A stretch of DNA of 62,935 nt, counting the filler, from a bacterium (GTDB taxonomy: Bacteria > JALSQH01), in the NCBI GenBank assembly GCA_027004335.1. It is 11 parts of 11 records of this genome, joined end to end, with 100 filler letters (N's around TTAATTAATTAA, not from the genome) between each part and the next. Parts side by side here need not be neighbours in the genome. Positions count along the whole stretch, not along the records: positions 20,044 to 24,865 come from JALTID010000042.1; positions 24,966 to 29,745 come from JALTID010000043.1; positions 29,846 to 34,617 come from JALTID010000044.1; 8 more parts are not named here. The stretch is one strand, 5' to 3'. Under the pieces are notes generated by a model, which saw only the letters and a list, made by a program, of their open reading frames with translations, was not told where the DNA came from and did no database searches. The translations under genes were made by a program, and so were the position numbers. Below, piece after piece: positions 22,616 to 31,440 of this stretch; the first letter of the stretch is position 1; each line of letters opens with the position of its first letter.

Positions 22616-24045
22616 CCAAACTTTATTAGCCTTTCCCCTGCATCAATAAGTTCTTTAAGATCCTTCTCTGATCTTGCCTCAACATAAAATCTTATTACTG
22701 GCTCGGTTCCGGAGGGTCTGAAGAGTACCCATGTGCCATCTTCCAAAAGAAGTTTTGCACCATCTACACGGATTATTCTTTTAACATTTCTCCCTGCAAA
22801 TTTCTTGATTTCAGTATCAAGAAATCTCAATATCTTTTCTTTTTGTTCCTCGTTTTCAATAGGAAAATTAATTCTTTCTGCATAGAACTCTCCTACTTTC
22901 GAAAATAGATCAGTTATGAGCTCACTAATGGTTTTCCCTGTCTTAGCAACCATTTCAGTAACTAATAGATCTGCTAAAATGCCATCTTTTTCTGGCACAT
23001 GCCCCCTCATACTCAAACCTGAACTCTCTTCGCCAGCGATTATTGCATTTCCTCTTGAAAGAAGATCCCCTAAGTACTTGAATCCTACTGGTGTTTCATA
23101 AACTTTCTCATGATAGCGTATGGCAACAGCGTCTGCCAGATGTGATGTGGCCACTGACCTTGCTACTCCACCTTTTTCTCCTCTGATTGTGAGAAAGTAA
23201 TCGTAGAGGAGAGCTAATATAAAGTTAGGTTTTATATATTTCCCATTTTTGTCTAATATTCCGTACCTATCTGCGTCTCCATCAGTTGCAAGCCCAAGAT
23301 CAAATCGCTGTGCCTTTAATTTTTTAGCCATCTCTTTAAGGTTTTCCTCAGATGGATCAGGAGCTCTTCCTTCAAAAAGTGGATCAAGATTATCATTTAT
23401 CACTTCCACATTTACATCAAATTCACGAAGAATTTTATCAAGATAACTACGGCCTGTTCCATGAAGGGGGTTATACATGATTTTTAACCCTGCCTCTTTA
23501 ATCGCCGGGAAGTCTATTATTGAGGATAACTGTTCAAAATATTGGGGTGCAGGATTGAAAGGTTCAATTATCCCTGAGTCAACCATGGTTGAAAACTTCT
23601 CAAATTTGTATGGAATAGTGGAATCTAAAAGCTCTGTTATTCTTTTTTCAATCCATCTTGTTGTTTCCGGGAGAGCCGGTCCACCCCAATCGGGGGAAAA
23701 TTTAAACCCTCCATACTTATATGAATTATGGCTAGCAGTGATATTGATCCCACCAGCCCTTTTATTTTTTATTATATCATATGCAATTACCGGAGTGGGG
23801 GTATCCCTATTACAGAAGAGGACCTTAATTTTATTTGCTGCGATCACACTTGCAACTTCCCTTGCGAAGTCTTCTGCCATAAATCTTGTGTCGTACCCGA
23901 TAATTACCCCTTTCTCTGCTAGATTTTTTTCGTTTATATAATCTGCTACTGCCTGGGAAACTATTCTGACATTTTCAAAGGTGAAATTTTCAGCTATTAT
24001 TGCTCTCCAGCCGGAAGTACCAAATTTGATTTTTTTATTCATCAT
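22612..24045 (-). CDS. Phosphoglucomutase/phosphomannomutase
   Basis: FGTSGWR, ITASHN, DGDADR, GEESSG, EKDG, RPSGTEP motifs. Confidence 0.95.
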   Translation of the reverse strand: MMNKKIKFGTSGWRAIIAENFTFENVRIVSQAVADYINEKNLAEKGVIIGYDTRFMAEDFAREVASVIAANKIKVLFCNRDTPTPVIAYDIIKNKRAGGINITASHNSYKYGGFKFSPDWGGPALPETTRWIEKRITELLDSTIPYKFEKFSTMVDSGIIEPFNPAPQYFEQLSSIIDFPAIKEAGLKIMYNPLHGTGRSYLDKILREFDVNVEVINDNLDPLFEGRAPDPSEENLKEMAKKLKAQRFDLGLATDGDADRYGILDKNGKYIKPNFILALLYDYFLTIRGEKGGVARSVATSHLADAVAIRYHEKVYETPVGFKYLGDLLSRGNAIIAGEESSGLSMRGHVPEKDGILADLLVTEMVAKTGKTISELITDLFSKVGEFYAERINFPIENEEQKEKILRFLDTEIKKFAGRNVKRIIRVDGAKLLLEDGTWVLFRPSGTEPVIRFYVEARSEKDLKELIDAGERLIKFG

Positions 24046-24054
24046 TACTCCTCT

Positions 24055-24252
24055 CTATGGAATTTTTCCTGTGAAATAGTCATCTTCCTTTATAAGTTCA
24101 TTGATGAGATCATGAAGGACCATTTTCAATGATGTTGGGGTTGTCTGGGCAATTATTGTATCTTTGTATCCTGAGTAGCTTCTTTTTATTATCTCCAGCA
24201 ATTCTGTTAACTCTTCTGGAGTAAAGTTGTGAAAAATAATTACTTTCCTCAT
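24055..24252 (-). CDS. Small DUF3783-like protein
   Basis: VIIFHNFT...IIAQTTPTSL...LINELIKED pattern; SD present; upstream TTGACA-16-TAAAAT promoter (24300-24273). Confidence 0.65.
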   Translation of the reverse strand: MRKVIIFHNFTPEELTELLEIIKRSYSGYKDTIIAQTTPTSLKMVLHDLINELIKEDDYFTGKIP

Positions 24253-24306
24253 GATATGCTCCCTTTTTAAGTATTTTACTATTCATCTTTCAGCTGTCAA
24301 AAAATC

Positions 24307-24334
24307 TTGCAGATAAATTTTTTTATGCTATACT
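24307..24334 (+). promoter_or_regulatory. Putative sigma70 promoter of the RRM gene
   Basis: TTGCAG, 16 nt, TATACT with a TGn extension. Confidence 0.45.
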
Positions 24335-24411
24335 CAAACTGTCCATCAGAGGTAGTGGTTCCCTGCTATTACCTCACATGGTGGAAGAGAATTTTTTCAG
24401 GAGGTCTTAGT

Positions 24412-24678
24412 ATGCAAGGGAAGAAGCTCTATGTTGGGAACCTCAACTATGCAGTAACCAATGAAGAACTGAAGCAGCTTTTTTCACAGTATGGTAGTGT
24501 GGAAAGTGCCAATGTTATTGAGGGAAGAGGCTTCGGTTTTGTGGAGATGTCCACAACTGAAGAGGCTGAAAAGGCTATGGAATCACTCAATGGGACAGAA
24601 TTTGCTGGGAGGACGCTGCGTATTGATGAGGCTCATCCAAGAAGGAACAACAGGAGAGGTGGTTATAGACGCTACTGA
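24412..24678 (+). CDS. RRM-domain RNA-binding protein
   Basis: Start MQGKK after AGGAGG; RNP2 LYVGNL, RNP1 RGFGFVEM, Arg/Gly-rich tail. Confidence 0.95.
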   Translation: MQGKKLYVGNLNYAVTNEELKQLFSQYGSVESANVIEGRGFGFVEMSTTEEAEKAMESLNGTEFAGRTLRIDEAHPRRNNRRGGYRRY

Positions 24679-24705
24679 TCTTGAAATCTTGTCGAGTTCC
24701 GTTTG

Positions 24706-24738
24706 AAGCCGGTTCCCCCAAGGGAATCGGCTTTTTTT
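24706..24738 (+). terminator. Rho-independent terminator after the RRM gene
   Basis: AGCCGGTTCCC-CCAA-GGGAATCGGCT hairpin followed by a T tract. Confidence 0.85.
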
Positions 24739-24755
24739 ATGCTATAATATTCTTA

Positions 24756-24865
24756 ATGAGAAATTTTTTTAAAATCTCTGATCTTTTTGAGAGGATTGAT
24801 TCGTTTCTTGGGTATCTTCAAATAGTAGTTTCCAGAAAGAAAGTATGGCTTGCTATTTCTGGGGG
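24756..24865 (+). CDS. N-terminal fragment of a PP-loop ATPase, probably TilS
   Basis: MRNFFK...KKVWLAISG(G), the start of an SGGxDS loop, cut at the contig edge; preceded by TGcTATAAT. Confidence 0.45.
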
Positions 24866-24965
24866 NNNNNNNNNNNNNNNNNNNNNNNNNNNNNNNNNNN
24901 NNNNNNNNNTTAATTAATTAANNNNNNNNNNNNNNNNNNNNNNNNNNNNNNNNNNNNNNNNNNNN
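24866..24965. other. Artificial contig linker
   Basis: N44-TTAATTAATTAA-N44. Confidence 0.99.
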
Positions 24966-24967
24966 TC

Positions 24968-25690
24968 TTTGAAGAAGCCCCCGCAGTTGAAACGCCTTCA
25001 TAAGAAGAGATAAAAGTGGTAGCAACAGAAGAAGAACTTTCAGAAATCCTCACTTCTGAAGAAGCAAAAACTCAGGAAGAAGTATTACCTCCAGAAGAAG
25101 AGTCCTCTCCAACAGGAGAAGCTCCTTTTGAAGAGGTTAGAGCAGAAGAAACCAGCGCAGCAGAAGCTGAAGAGGAAGCGGAAAATATTGCCCCTGAAGC
25201 TGAAGGGGAAAAAGAAGCTCATGAAAAATATGTAATCTCTGATAAGATTCCTGAAGAAGTGGGAAGTGAAATAGAAGAAGGGATGGAAGAAAAAATTGAA
25301 ACAGCCACTGCTCAGGAGGCACTTTTCTCAGTTACTCCTCGGGAAGAAACACCCGAAGAAAAAATCTCAGAAGCCATGGGGGAAGAAACATCAGAGGAAA
25401 CCATCTCTACTGAGCCATCAGTGATACAGAGGAAAGTTCTTGAGGAAATTGAATTTGATGAAACAGCTATAAAAGAGAAAATCACGGATCTTCTTTCCGA
25501 GAAGTTAGAGAAGATTATAAACGAAGCTCTTGAGCAGCTCGATTTTGAAGCCACCATCAAAGAGATTGCGGAAGAGAGGGTTTCAGAAAGCTTGAAGGAA
25601 TTATTTCCAAAAATAATATATAAGACAATTGACCTTGCATTAAAAAATGAACTTGAGAAAATAGAGAAAGCCCTTTCTTCAAGGGAATAA
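24968..25690 (+). CDS. C-terminal part of an acidic low-complexity protein (RomR-like candidate), 5'-truncated, with an in-frame TAA at 25001
   Basis: Glu/Pro/Ala-rich linker then a helical C-terminus (ELFPKIIYKTIDLALKNELEKI); directly upstream of valS. Confidence 0.55.
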
Positions 25691-25725
25691 GAAATACACC
25701 TTTTTTACAAAAATGGAGGCTAAAA

Positions 25726-28380
25726 GTGGATTTTCAGATGGAGAAGGAGTATGACCCAGCGAAGATTGAAAAAAAATGGTATGAATTCTGGCTTGAAAAA
25801 AAATATTTTCACGCTGAAGTGGACAATTCTGGAGAGACTTTTTCAATTGTTATCCCTCCGCCAAATATAACTGGTTCACTCCACATCGGGCATGCTTTAA
25901 ACAACACCCTTCAGGATATTCTTATCCGATATAAAAGGATGGACGGGTACAACACGATGTGGATGCCAGGGGTGGACCATGCAGGAATAGCGACACAAAC
26001 TGTGGTGGAGAGAGAATTATCAAGAGAGGGAATAAATAGATTTGAAATTGGAAGAGAAAAATTCCTTGAAAAGGTGTGGGAGTGGAAAGAAAAATATGGC
26101 AACACAATAATCACTCAGCTTCAGAGATTGGGAGCATCCTGTGACTGGGACAGAACGAGATTCACCATGGATGAAGGTTTTTCAAGAGCAGTGAGAAAAG
26201 CTTTTGTTACTCTCTATAATGAAGGTCTTATTTATCGTGGCAATTATATAATAAACTGGTGCCCAAGATGCAGAACTGCTCTTTCAGATCTTGAGGTGGA
26301 ATTTGAAGAAAAAGATGGTTATCTCTATTATATAAGATACCCTCTTGCAAAAGATAGAACGAAGTACCTTACAGTTGCTACAACCAGACCTGAGACAATG
26401 CTTGGAGATACAGCAGTGGCGATTAATCCTGATGATGCCAGATACAAAAACCTCATCGGGCAAAAAGTTATTCTTCCTTTAGCAGAGAGAGAAATACCAA
26501 TCATCGGGGATGAATATGTTGATCCCGAATTTGGGACAGGGGTTCTAAAAGTAACTCCTGCACACGATTTCAACGATTTTGAAATAGGCCAAAAGCACAA
26601 TCTCCCAGTTATAAATATTTTTACCGAAACTGCTCATCTAAATGAAAATGCTCCCGAGAAGTATAGGGGAATGGATAGATATGAGGCAAGGGATGCAATC
26701 CTTGAGGATTTAAGGCATCTCAACCTCCTTGAAAAAATTGAGCCAATAAAACATATGGTTGGCCACTGCTACAGGTGTAAAACCACAGTAGAACCATATC
26801 TCTCTAAGCAGTGGTTTGTAAAAACCAAACCTCTAGCGGAGCCTGCCGTAAAGGCAGTAAAGAATGGTAAGATAAGAATAATCCCAAAAATGTGGGAGAA
26901 AACCTATTTTAACTGGATGGAAAATATCCGTGACTGGTGTATAAGCAGACAGATATGGTGGGGACACAGGATCCCTGTATGGAAGTGCAATCAGTGCGGA
27001 TGGGAGGGTGCTTCTGAAGAAGAGATAAAAAAATGCCCAAGATGCGGGGCCAGTGATATTAAGCAGGAAGAAGATGTTCTTGATACATGGTTCAGCTCGG
27101 GATTATGGCCCCTTGGCACACTTGGATGGCCTGAAGGTACAGAGGAACTAAAGAAATATTATCCTACCTCTGTACTAATAACAGGATTTGACATTTTGTT
27201 TTTCTGGGTAGCAAGAATGATGATGTTCGGATTAAAATTCGGAGGGGACATCCCTTTTCAAGATGTCTACCTTCATGCTCTCGTAAGAGACGAAGATGGT
27301 GAAAAAATGAGTAAAACGAAGGGAAATGTGATAGACCCTTTAGAAATGATCGAAAAATATGGTACAGATGCTCTCAGGTTCACATTAACAGCATTGGCTG
27401 CCCAGGGTAGAGACATAAGACTCTCAGAAAAAAGGATCCAGGGTTACAAAGCTTTTGCTAACAAGATATGGAATGCCTCCAGATTTGTTCTAATGAATCT
27501 TAAAGATTATAATGGCGAAGACCCTTCTGAACCTGTATCAAATGGGAATTTCATAGATCACTGGATCCAGACCAAGCTTAATGAAGCAATAATTGCTGTC
27601 AGAAAAAATCTTGATTCCTACAACTTTAACGATGCCGCAGGAGATATTTACAAATTCTTTTGGTATGAATTCTGCGATTGGTACCTTGAATTCAGTAAGC
27701 CCCTCCTCTACCGAAAAAAAGGCACAGAAGAAGAGAGAAAAAAGACCCAGAAAACACTTCTCTTTGTTTTGAAAAATTCTCTAAAGCTTCTCCACCCATT
27801 CATGCCATTTATCACAGAAGAGATATGGCACAGGTTACCTGTGAAGGAAACAGAAAGTGTAATGATTTCAAAGTTTCCCAGGCAGTTTGATACTACAACT
27901 TTTAAAAAGAGTTATAACAATGGTGAATTTCTAAAAAAAATCATTTACGCAATAAGGAGTATCAGAGGAGAAACTAATATTCCCGTTGGAAAGAAAATCA
28001 GGGTTATCTTTAATTCGGACAGGGAGGATTTTATAAAAGAAAACTCCATCTATATCAAGCAACTAGCTCATGTAAATGAAATAGAATTCACGAGTGAGGA
28101 GAAGGAGGGGAAATCTGCCACATCTCTAATTGAGAAAACAAAAATCTTTGTCCCTCTAACAGGTGTAATAGATATTGATAAAGAAATAGCCAGATTAAAG
28201 AAAGAAATAAAGAAGGAAGAAGAGGAGCTCACCAGAATCAAGGCGAAACTCAACAACCCCAACTTCTTAGAGAAAGCACCAGAAGAGATTGTAAAAAAAG
28301 AAGAAGAAAGAAGTAAAGAAATAAGGGAAAAGCTTCAGATTCTGGAGGAAAATCTGGAGAAACTTGAAAAAATAAAATGA
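25726..28380 (+). CDS. valS: Valine--tRNA ligase
   Basis: PPPNITGSLHIGH, DHAGIATQ, DWCISRQIWWGH, KMSKT and a C-terminal coiled coil. Confidence 0.99.
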   Translation: MDFQMEKEYDPAKIEKKWYEFWLEKKYFHAEVDNSGETFSIVIPPPNITGSLHIGHALNNTLQDILIRYKRMDGYNTMWMPGVDHAGIATQTVVERELSREGINRFEIGREKFLEKVWEWKEKYGNTIITQLQRLGASCDWDRTRFTMDEGFSRAVRKAFVTLYNEGLIYRGNYIINWCPRCRTALSDLEVEFEEKDGYLYYIRYPLAKDRTKYLTVATTRPETMLGDTAVAINPDDARYKNLIGQKVILPLAEREIPIIGDEYVDPEFGTGVLKVTPAHDFNDFEIGQKHNLPVINIFTETAHLNENAPEKYRGMDRYEARDAILEDLRHLNLLEKIEPIKHMVGHCYRCKTTVEPYLSKQWFVKTKPLAEPAVKAVKNGKIRIIPKMWEKTYFNWMENIRDWCISRQIWWGHRIPVWKCNQCGWEGASEEEIKKCPRCGASDIKQEEDVLDTWFSSGLWPLGTLGWPEGTEELKKYYPTSVLITGFDILFFWVARMMMFGLKFGGDIPFQDVYLHALVRDEDGEKMSKTKGNVIDPLEMIEKYGTDALRFTLTALAAQGRDIRLSEKRIQGYKAFANKIWNASRFVLMNLKDYNGEDPSEPVSNGNFIDHWIQTKLNEAIIAVRKNLDSYNFNDAAGDIYKFFWYEFCDWYLEFSKPLLYRKKGTEEERKKTQKTLLFVLKNSLKLLHPFMPFITEEIWHRLPVKETESVMISKFPRQFDTTTFKKSYNNGEFLKKIIYAIRSIRGETNIPVGKKIRVIFNSDREDFIKENSIYIKQLAHVNEIEFTSEEKEGKSATSLIEKTKIFVPLTGVIDIDKEIARLKKEIKKEEEELTRIKAKLNNPNFLEKAPEEIVKKEEERSKEIREKLQILEENLEKLEKIK

Positions 28381-29204
28381 TACCCTACCTTGTTCAAGAA
28401 TTGATAAAAATAACAGTAGCCGAAGATGCTCCTTATGGTGATGTGACAACTGAGTCAATTCTTCACAATAGTGTAGAAAAAAAATTAATTATAAAAAGTG
28501 AAGAGAAGGGTATTTTTTGTGGAGAAATCATCATTTCTCCATTGATGAAGGAGATTGACCCTTCATTAAAAATAACCAGTTATGTCAGAGATGGAGAAAC
28601 ATTTAATAAAGATAGTATAATCCTGATTCTCACAGGAGACGCTAAGTCTCTTATGATAATTGAAAGACCTCTCCTCAATTTTATTTCAAAATTATCCGGA
28701 ATTGCCACAGGGGTGGAAAAATTCAAGAAAACACTCCCCGCGAGCATAAAAATAATTGATACAAGGAAGACCACCCCTGGATGGAGATTTTTAGAGAAGT
28801 ATGCTGTAAAAGTGGGCGGAGGAAACAACCATAGATTCGGACTCTCAGATGGAATTCTTATAAAAGATAACCACAAGATCATAGCTGGAGGAGTGAAAGA
28901 AGCCATCAAATTTGTCAGGGAGAAAAACCACCACCTTCTAAAGGTTGAGGTGGAAGTGGATAATCTGAAAGAGTACAGGGAAGCTCTTGAAGAAAAACCA
29001 GATTTAATCCTGCTGGATAATTTTACCCCTGAGATGATAAGAGAAGCAGTTAAAGAAAAACCTCCAGGGATACTTATAGAAGTTTCCGGTGGTATAACCC
29101 CTGAAAACATTTCACAGTATGTTATTGAAGGAGTGGATTTCATATCTTCAGGATTCCTTACCTATGGAGCAAACTGGATGAAATTTACGGCTGAAATTGA
29201 ATAA
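28377..29204 (+). CDS. nadC: Nicotinate-nucleotide pyrophosphorylase (carboxylating)
   Basis: DTRKTTPG, NHRFGLSD, IKDNH, VEVEV, LLDNF, EVSGG motifs. Confidence 0.96.
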   Translation: MIPYLVQELIKITVAEDAPYGDVTTESILHNSVEKKLIIKSEEKGIFCGEIIISPLMKEIDPSLKITSYVRDGETFNKDSIILILTGDAKSLMIIERPLLNFISKLSGIATGVEKFKKTLPASIKIIDTRKTTPGWRFLEKYAVKVGGGNNHRFGLSDGILIKDNHKIIAGGVKEAIKFVREKNHHLLKVEVEVDNLKEYREALEEKPDLILLDNFTPEMIREAVKEKPPGILIEVSGGITPENISQYVIEGVDFISSGFLTYGANWMKFTAEIE

Positions 29205-29745
29205 ATGAGTAAGGTACCTTTTTCCATAATTGAATCTGAGATAATTCCATCTTCAAATCTTTACACAAAATTTGTATTCCTCAAAGAGGTGGATTCAACA
29301 AATACATTCCTTATCAAAAATCAATCTCCACCTGGTACTATTGTGGTAGCAGATACACAGTTAAGAGGAAAGGGAAGAAATATGAGAAAGTGGTTTTCTC
29401 CGCCCGGGAAGAATCTCTATTTTTCCATCCTCTTCCCCAACAACAATCTTAGCAGTACCAATCTCCTCCAACTTAACATTGTTATGGCTGTAGCAATAGC
29501 AGAATCTCTTAGAGAAAATTTTTCTGTTCCTGCTATGATTAAATGGCCAAACGATGTTTTTATCGATGAAAAAAAAACAGGTGGAATACTCATTGAAGCT
29601 GAACTATCTGGAGATAAATTAAAAAAAATTGTTGCAGGAGCAGGAATCAATGTAAATCTCGCTGCCGAAGAACTTCCAGGAGAATTGAAAACAACAGCAA
29701 CTTCCCTTTTTATCACAACAGGAAAGCTCTTCAGAAGAGAAGAAG
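29205..29745 (+). CDS. birA: Biotin--protein ligase without an N-terminal HTH, 3'-truncated
   Basis: VDSTN, QLRGKGRNMRKWFSP, IKWPND, KTGGILIE, GAGINVN motifs. Confidence 0.92.
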
Positions 29746-29845
29746 NNNNNNNNNNNNNNNNNNNNNNNNNNNNNNNNNNNNNNNNNNNNTTAATTAATTA
29801 ANNNNNNNNNNNNNNNNNNNNNNNNNNNNNNNNNNNNNNNNNNNN
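29746..29845. other. Artificial contig linker
   Basis: N44-TTAATTAATTAA-N44. Confidence 0.99.
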
Positions 29846-29847
29846 AG

Positions 29848-30234
29848 GTGGAAGCGCTTAGTCTGGATAGAGTGAAGAGGAAATATCCATTAATAGAATT
29901 GATTGATATAGTTAATGCTAGACAGGTGGAGATCCTTGAATTAGCTTATGAGAAACTTAAAGAAGCGCCATCCTTTGATCGCCTTAACCACATATATTTG
30001 ATTGGGGGTGGTGCAAGGCTGCAGAAAGTAAGAGATCTTGCGGAAGATATTTTTGGCAGAGATGTTGTGGTGGGAAGGCCAACAGGTGTGAGTCCTGTAG
30101 ACGGGACAATAATGAGCCCTGAGTATGTGACAGCGGTTGGGCTTGTGAAATTACACGCTGTTGCTCTTCAGAGCAGGAAAAAAAAAGGGAGTTTTAAAAA
30201 AGCTTTTAGAAAAGTTGTTGAAATGTTTTCATAA
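29848..30234 (+). CDS. ftsA: Cell division protein FtsA, C-terminal fragment
   Basis: IVNARQVEI, LIGGGARL, VGRP, PEYVTAVGL and an amphipathic tail FKKAFRKVVEMF; upstream of ftsZ. Confidence 0.88.
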   Translation: MEALSLDRVKRKYPLIELIDIVNARQVEILELAYEKLKEAPSFDRLNHIYLIGGGARLQKVRDLAEDIFGRDVVVGRPTGVSPVDGTIMSPEYVTAVGLVKLHAVALQSRKKKGSFKKAFRKVVEMFS

Positions 30235-30254
30235 CAAAAAAGGAGGGAAATAAA

Positions 30255-31424
30255 ATGGAATTTATGGTAAAAGAAGAAAAGAAGTTACAGGCTGTTATCA
30301 AGGTTGTTGGAGTCGGTGGAGGAGGAGGGAATGCTATAAACAATATGATAGAGAGAGGACTTAGAAATGTAGAATTTATAGCAGCCAACACTGATTTTCA
30401 AGCTCTCAGTAGAGTTAATGCAGGAGTTTTGTTGCAGTTAGGTGAAAAACTTACCAAGGGACTGGGGAGTGGGGGGAATCCAAGAATTGGCGAAAAGGCA
30501 GCTATTGAGGATAGGGATAAGATACAGCAAGTTTTAGAGGGTGCTGATTTAGTATTTGTTACTGCTGGAATGGGTGGTGGTACTGGTACAGGGGCATCTC
30601 CTGTTGTAGCTAAGATTGCTAAGGAACTTGATGCTCTGGTGGTTGGAATTGTCACAATGCCCTTTAGATTTGAAGGTGAAAGAAAAAAGCTAAGAGCAGT
30701 AGAGGGTCTCAGCAAGCTCAGAGAGGTAGTAGATGCTTTAATTGTAATTTCCAACGACAAGTTATCAACATATTTTGGGAAAGGAATGAAATTTAAAGAT
30801 GTATTTGGCAAGGCAGATGAAGTTCTTTATCTTGCTGTGAAGGGAATTCTTGATATAGTAGAAAGCAACGGATACATAAACCGTGATTTTAATGATGTTA
30901 GAAGCGTTTTAAAGGATGCTGGAGAAGTAATTATGGGCACAGGAGTAACATCCGGGGAAGATAGAGTGAAAAGTGACTTAGAACTTGCTCTTTCCAACCC
31001 GCTGGTAGAAAATAACGAGCTTGAAAATCCATTTAAGATCCTCGTAAATATCATTTTCCCTGAGGAAAATTTCACTTTTGATGAATTTGAGGATGCGATG
31101 AAATATATTCAGGAATACTTTGGAAGTGAGACTGAGGTACTTCCAGGGGTGGGAACCAGTAATGATCTAAAAGATGATGAGATAAGGATAACAATTATTG
31201 GGGCAGGCAAGAAGAAAAAAGTTGGTGAAGATTCTACAACGGAAGAAACTAAACCTCCTCTTCATCTAAATGTTGATGAAACAGGAACACATCCATTTGG
31301 GACGGGGTTTTATGAAGAGGGTTCAACTGGTGTGAAGTTAGAGAATCACCATGAGGGTGATTATATTGACGATTATACCCGCCCTGCGATATGGAGGAGA
31401 AAAAATAGGGAGAAGAAATTTTAG
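30255..31424 (+). CDS. ftsZ: Cell division protein FtsZ
   Basis: VGVGGGGGNA, ANTD, GMGGGTGTG, PFRFEG, T7 loop INRDFND. Confidence 0.98.
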   Translation: MEFMVKEEKKLQAVIKVVGVGGGGGNAINNMIERGLRNVEFIAANTDFQALSRVNAGVLLQLGEKLTKGLGSGGNPRIGEKAAIEDRDKIQQVLEGADLVFVTAGMGGGTGTGASPVVAKIAKELDALVVGIVTMPFRFEGERKKLRAVEGLSKLREVVDALIVISNDKLSTYFGKGMKFKDVFGKADEVLYLAVKGILDIVESNGYINRDFNDVRSVLKDAGEVIMGTGVTSGEDRVKSDLELALSNPLVENNELENPFKILVNIIFPEENFTFDEFEDAMKYIQEYFGSETEVLPGVGTSNDLKDDEIRITIIGAGKKKKVGEDSTTEETKPPLHLNVDETGTHPFGTGFYEEGSTGVKLENHHEGDYIDDYTRPAIWRRKNREKKF

Positions 31425-31440
31425 TTGAGGCAGCTATCTG

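Noticed and set aside
30255..31424. FtsZ T7 loop variant NRDFND
   Set aside because: The catalytic N/D/D pattern is retained, so this is ordinary divergence.
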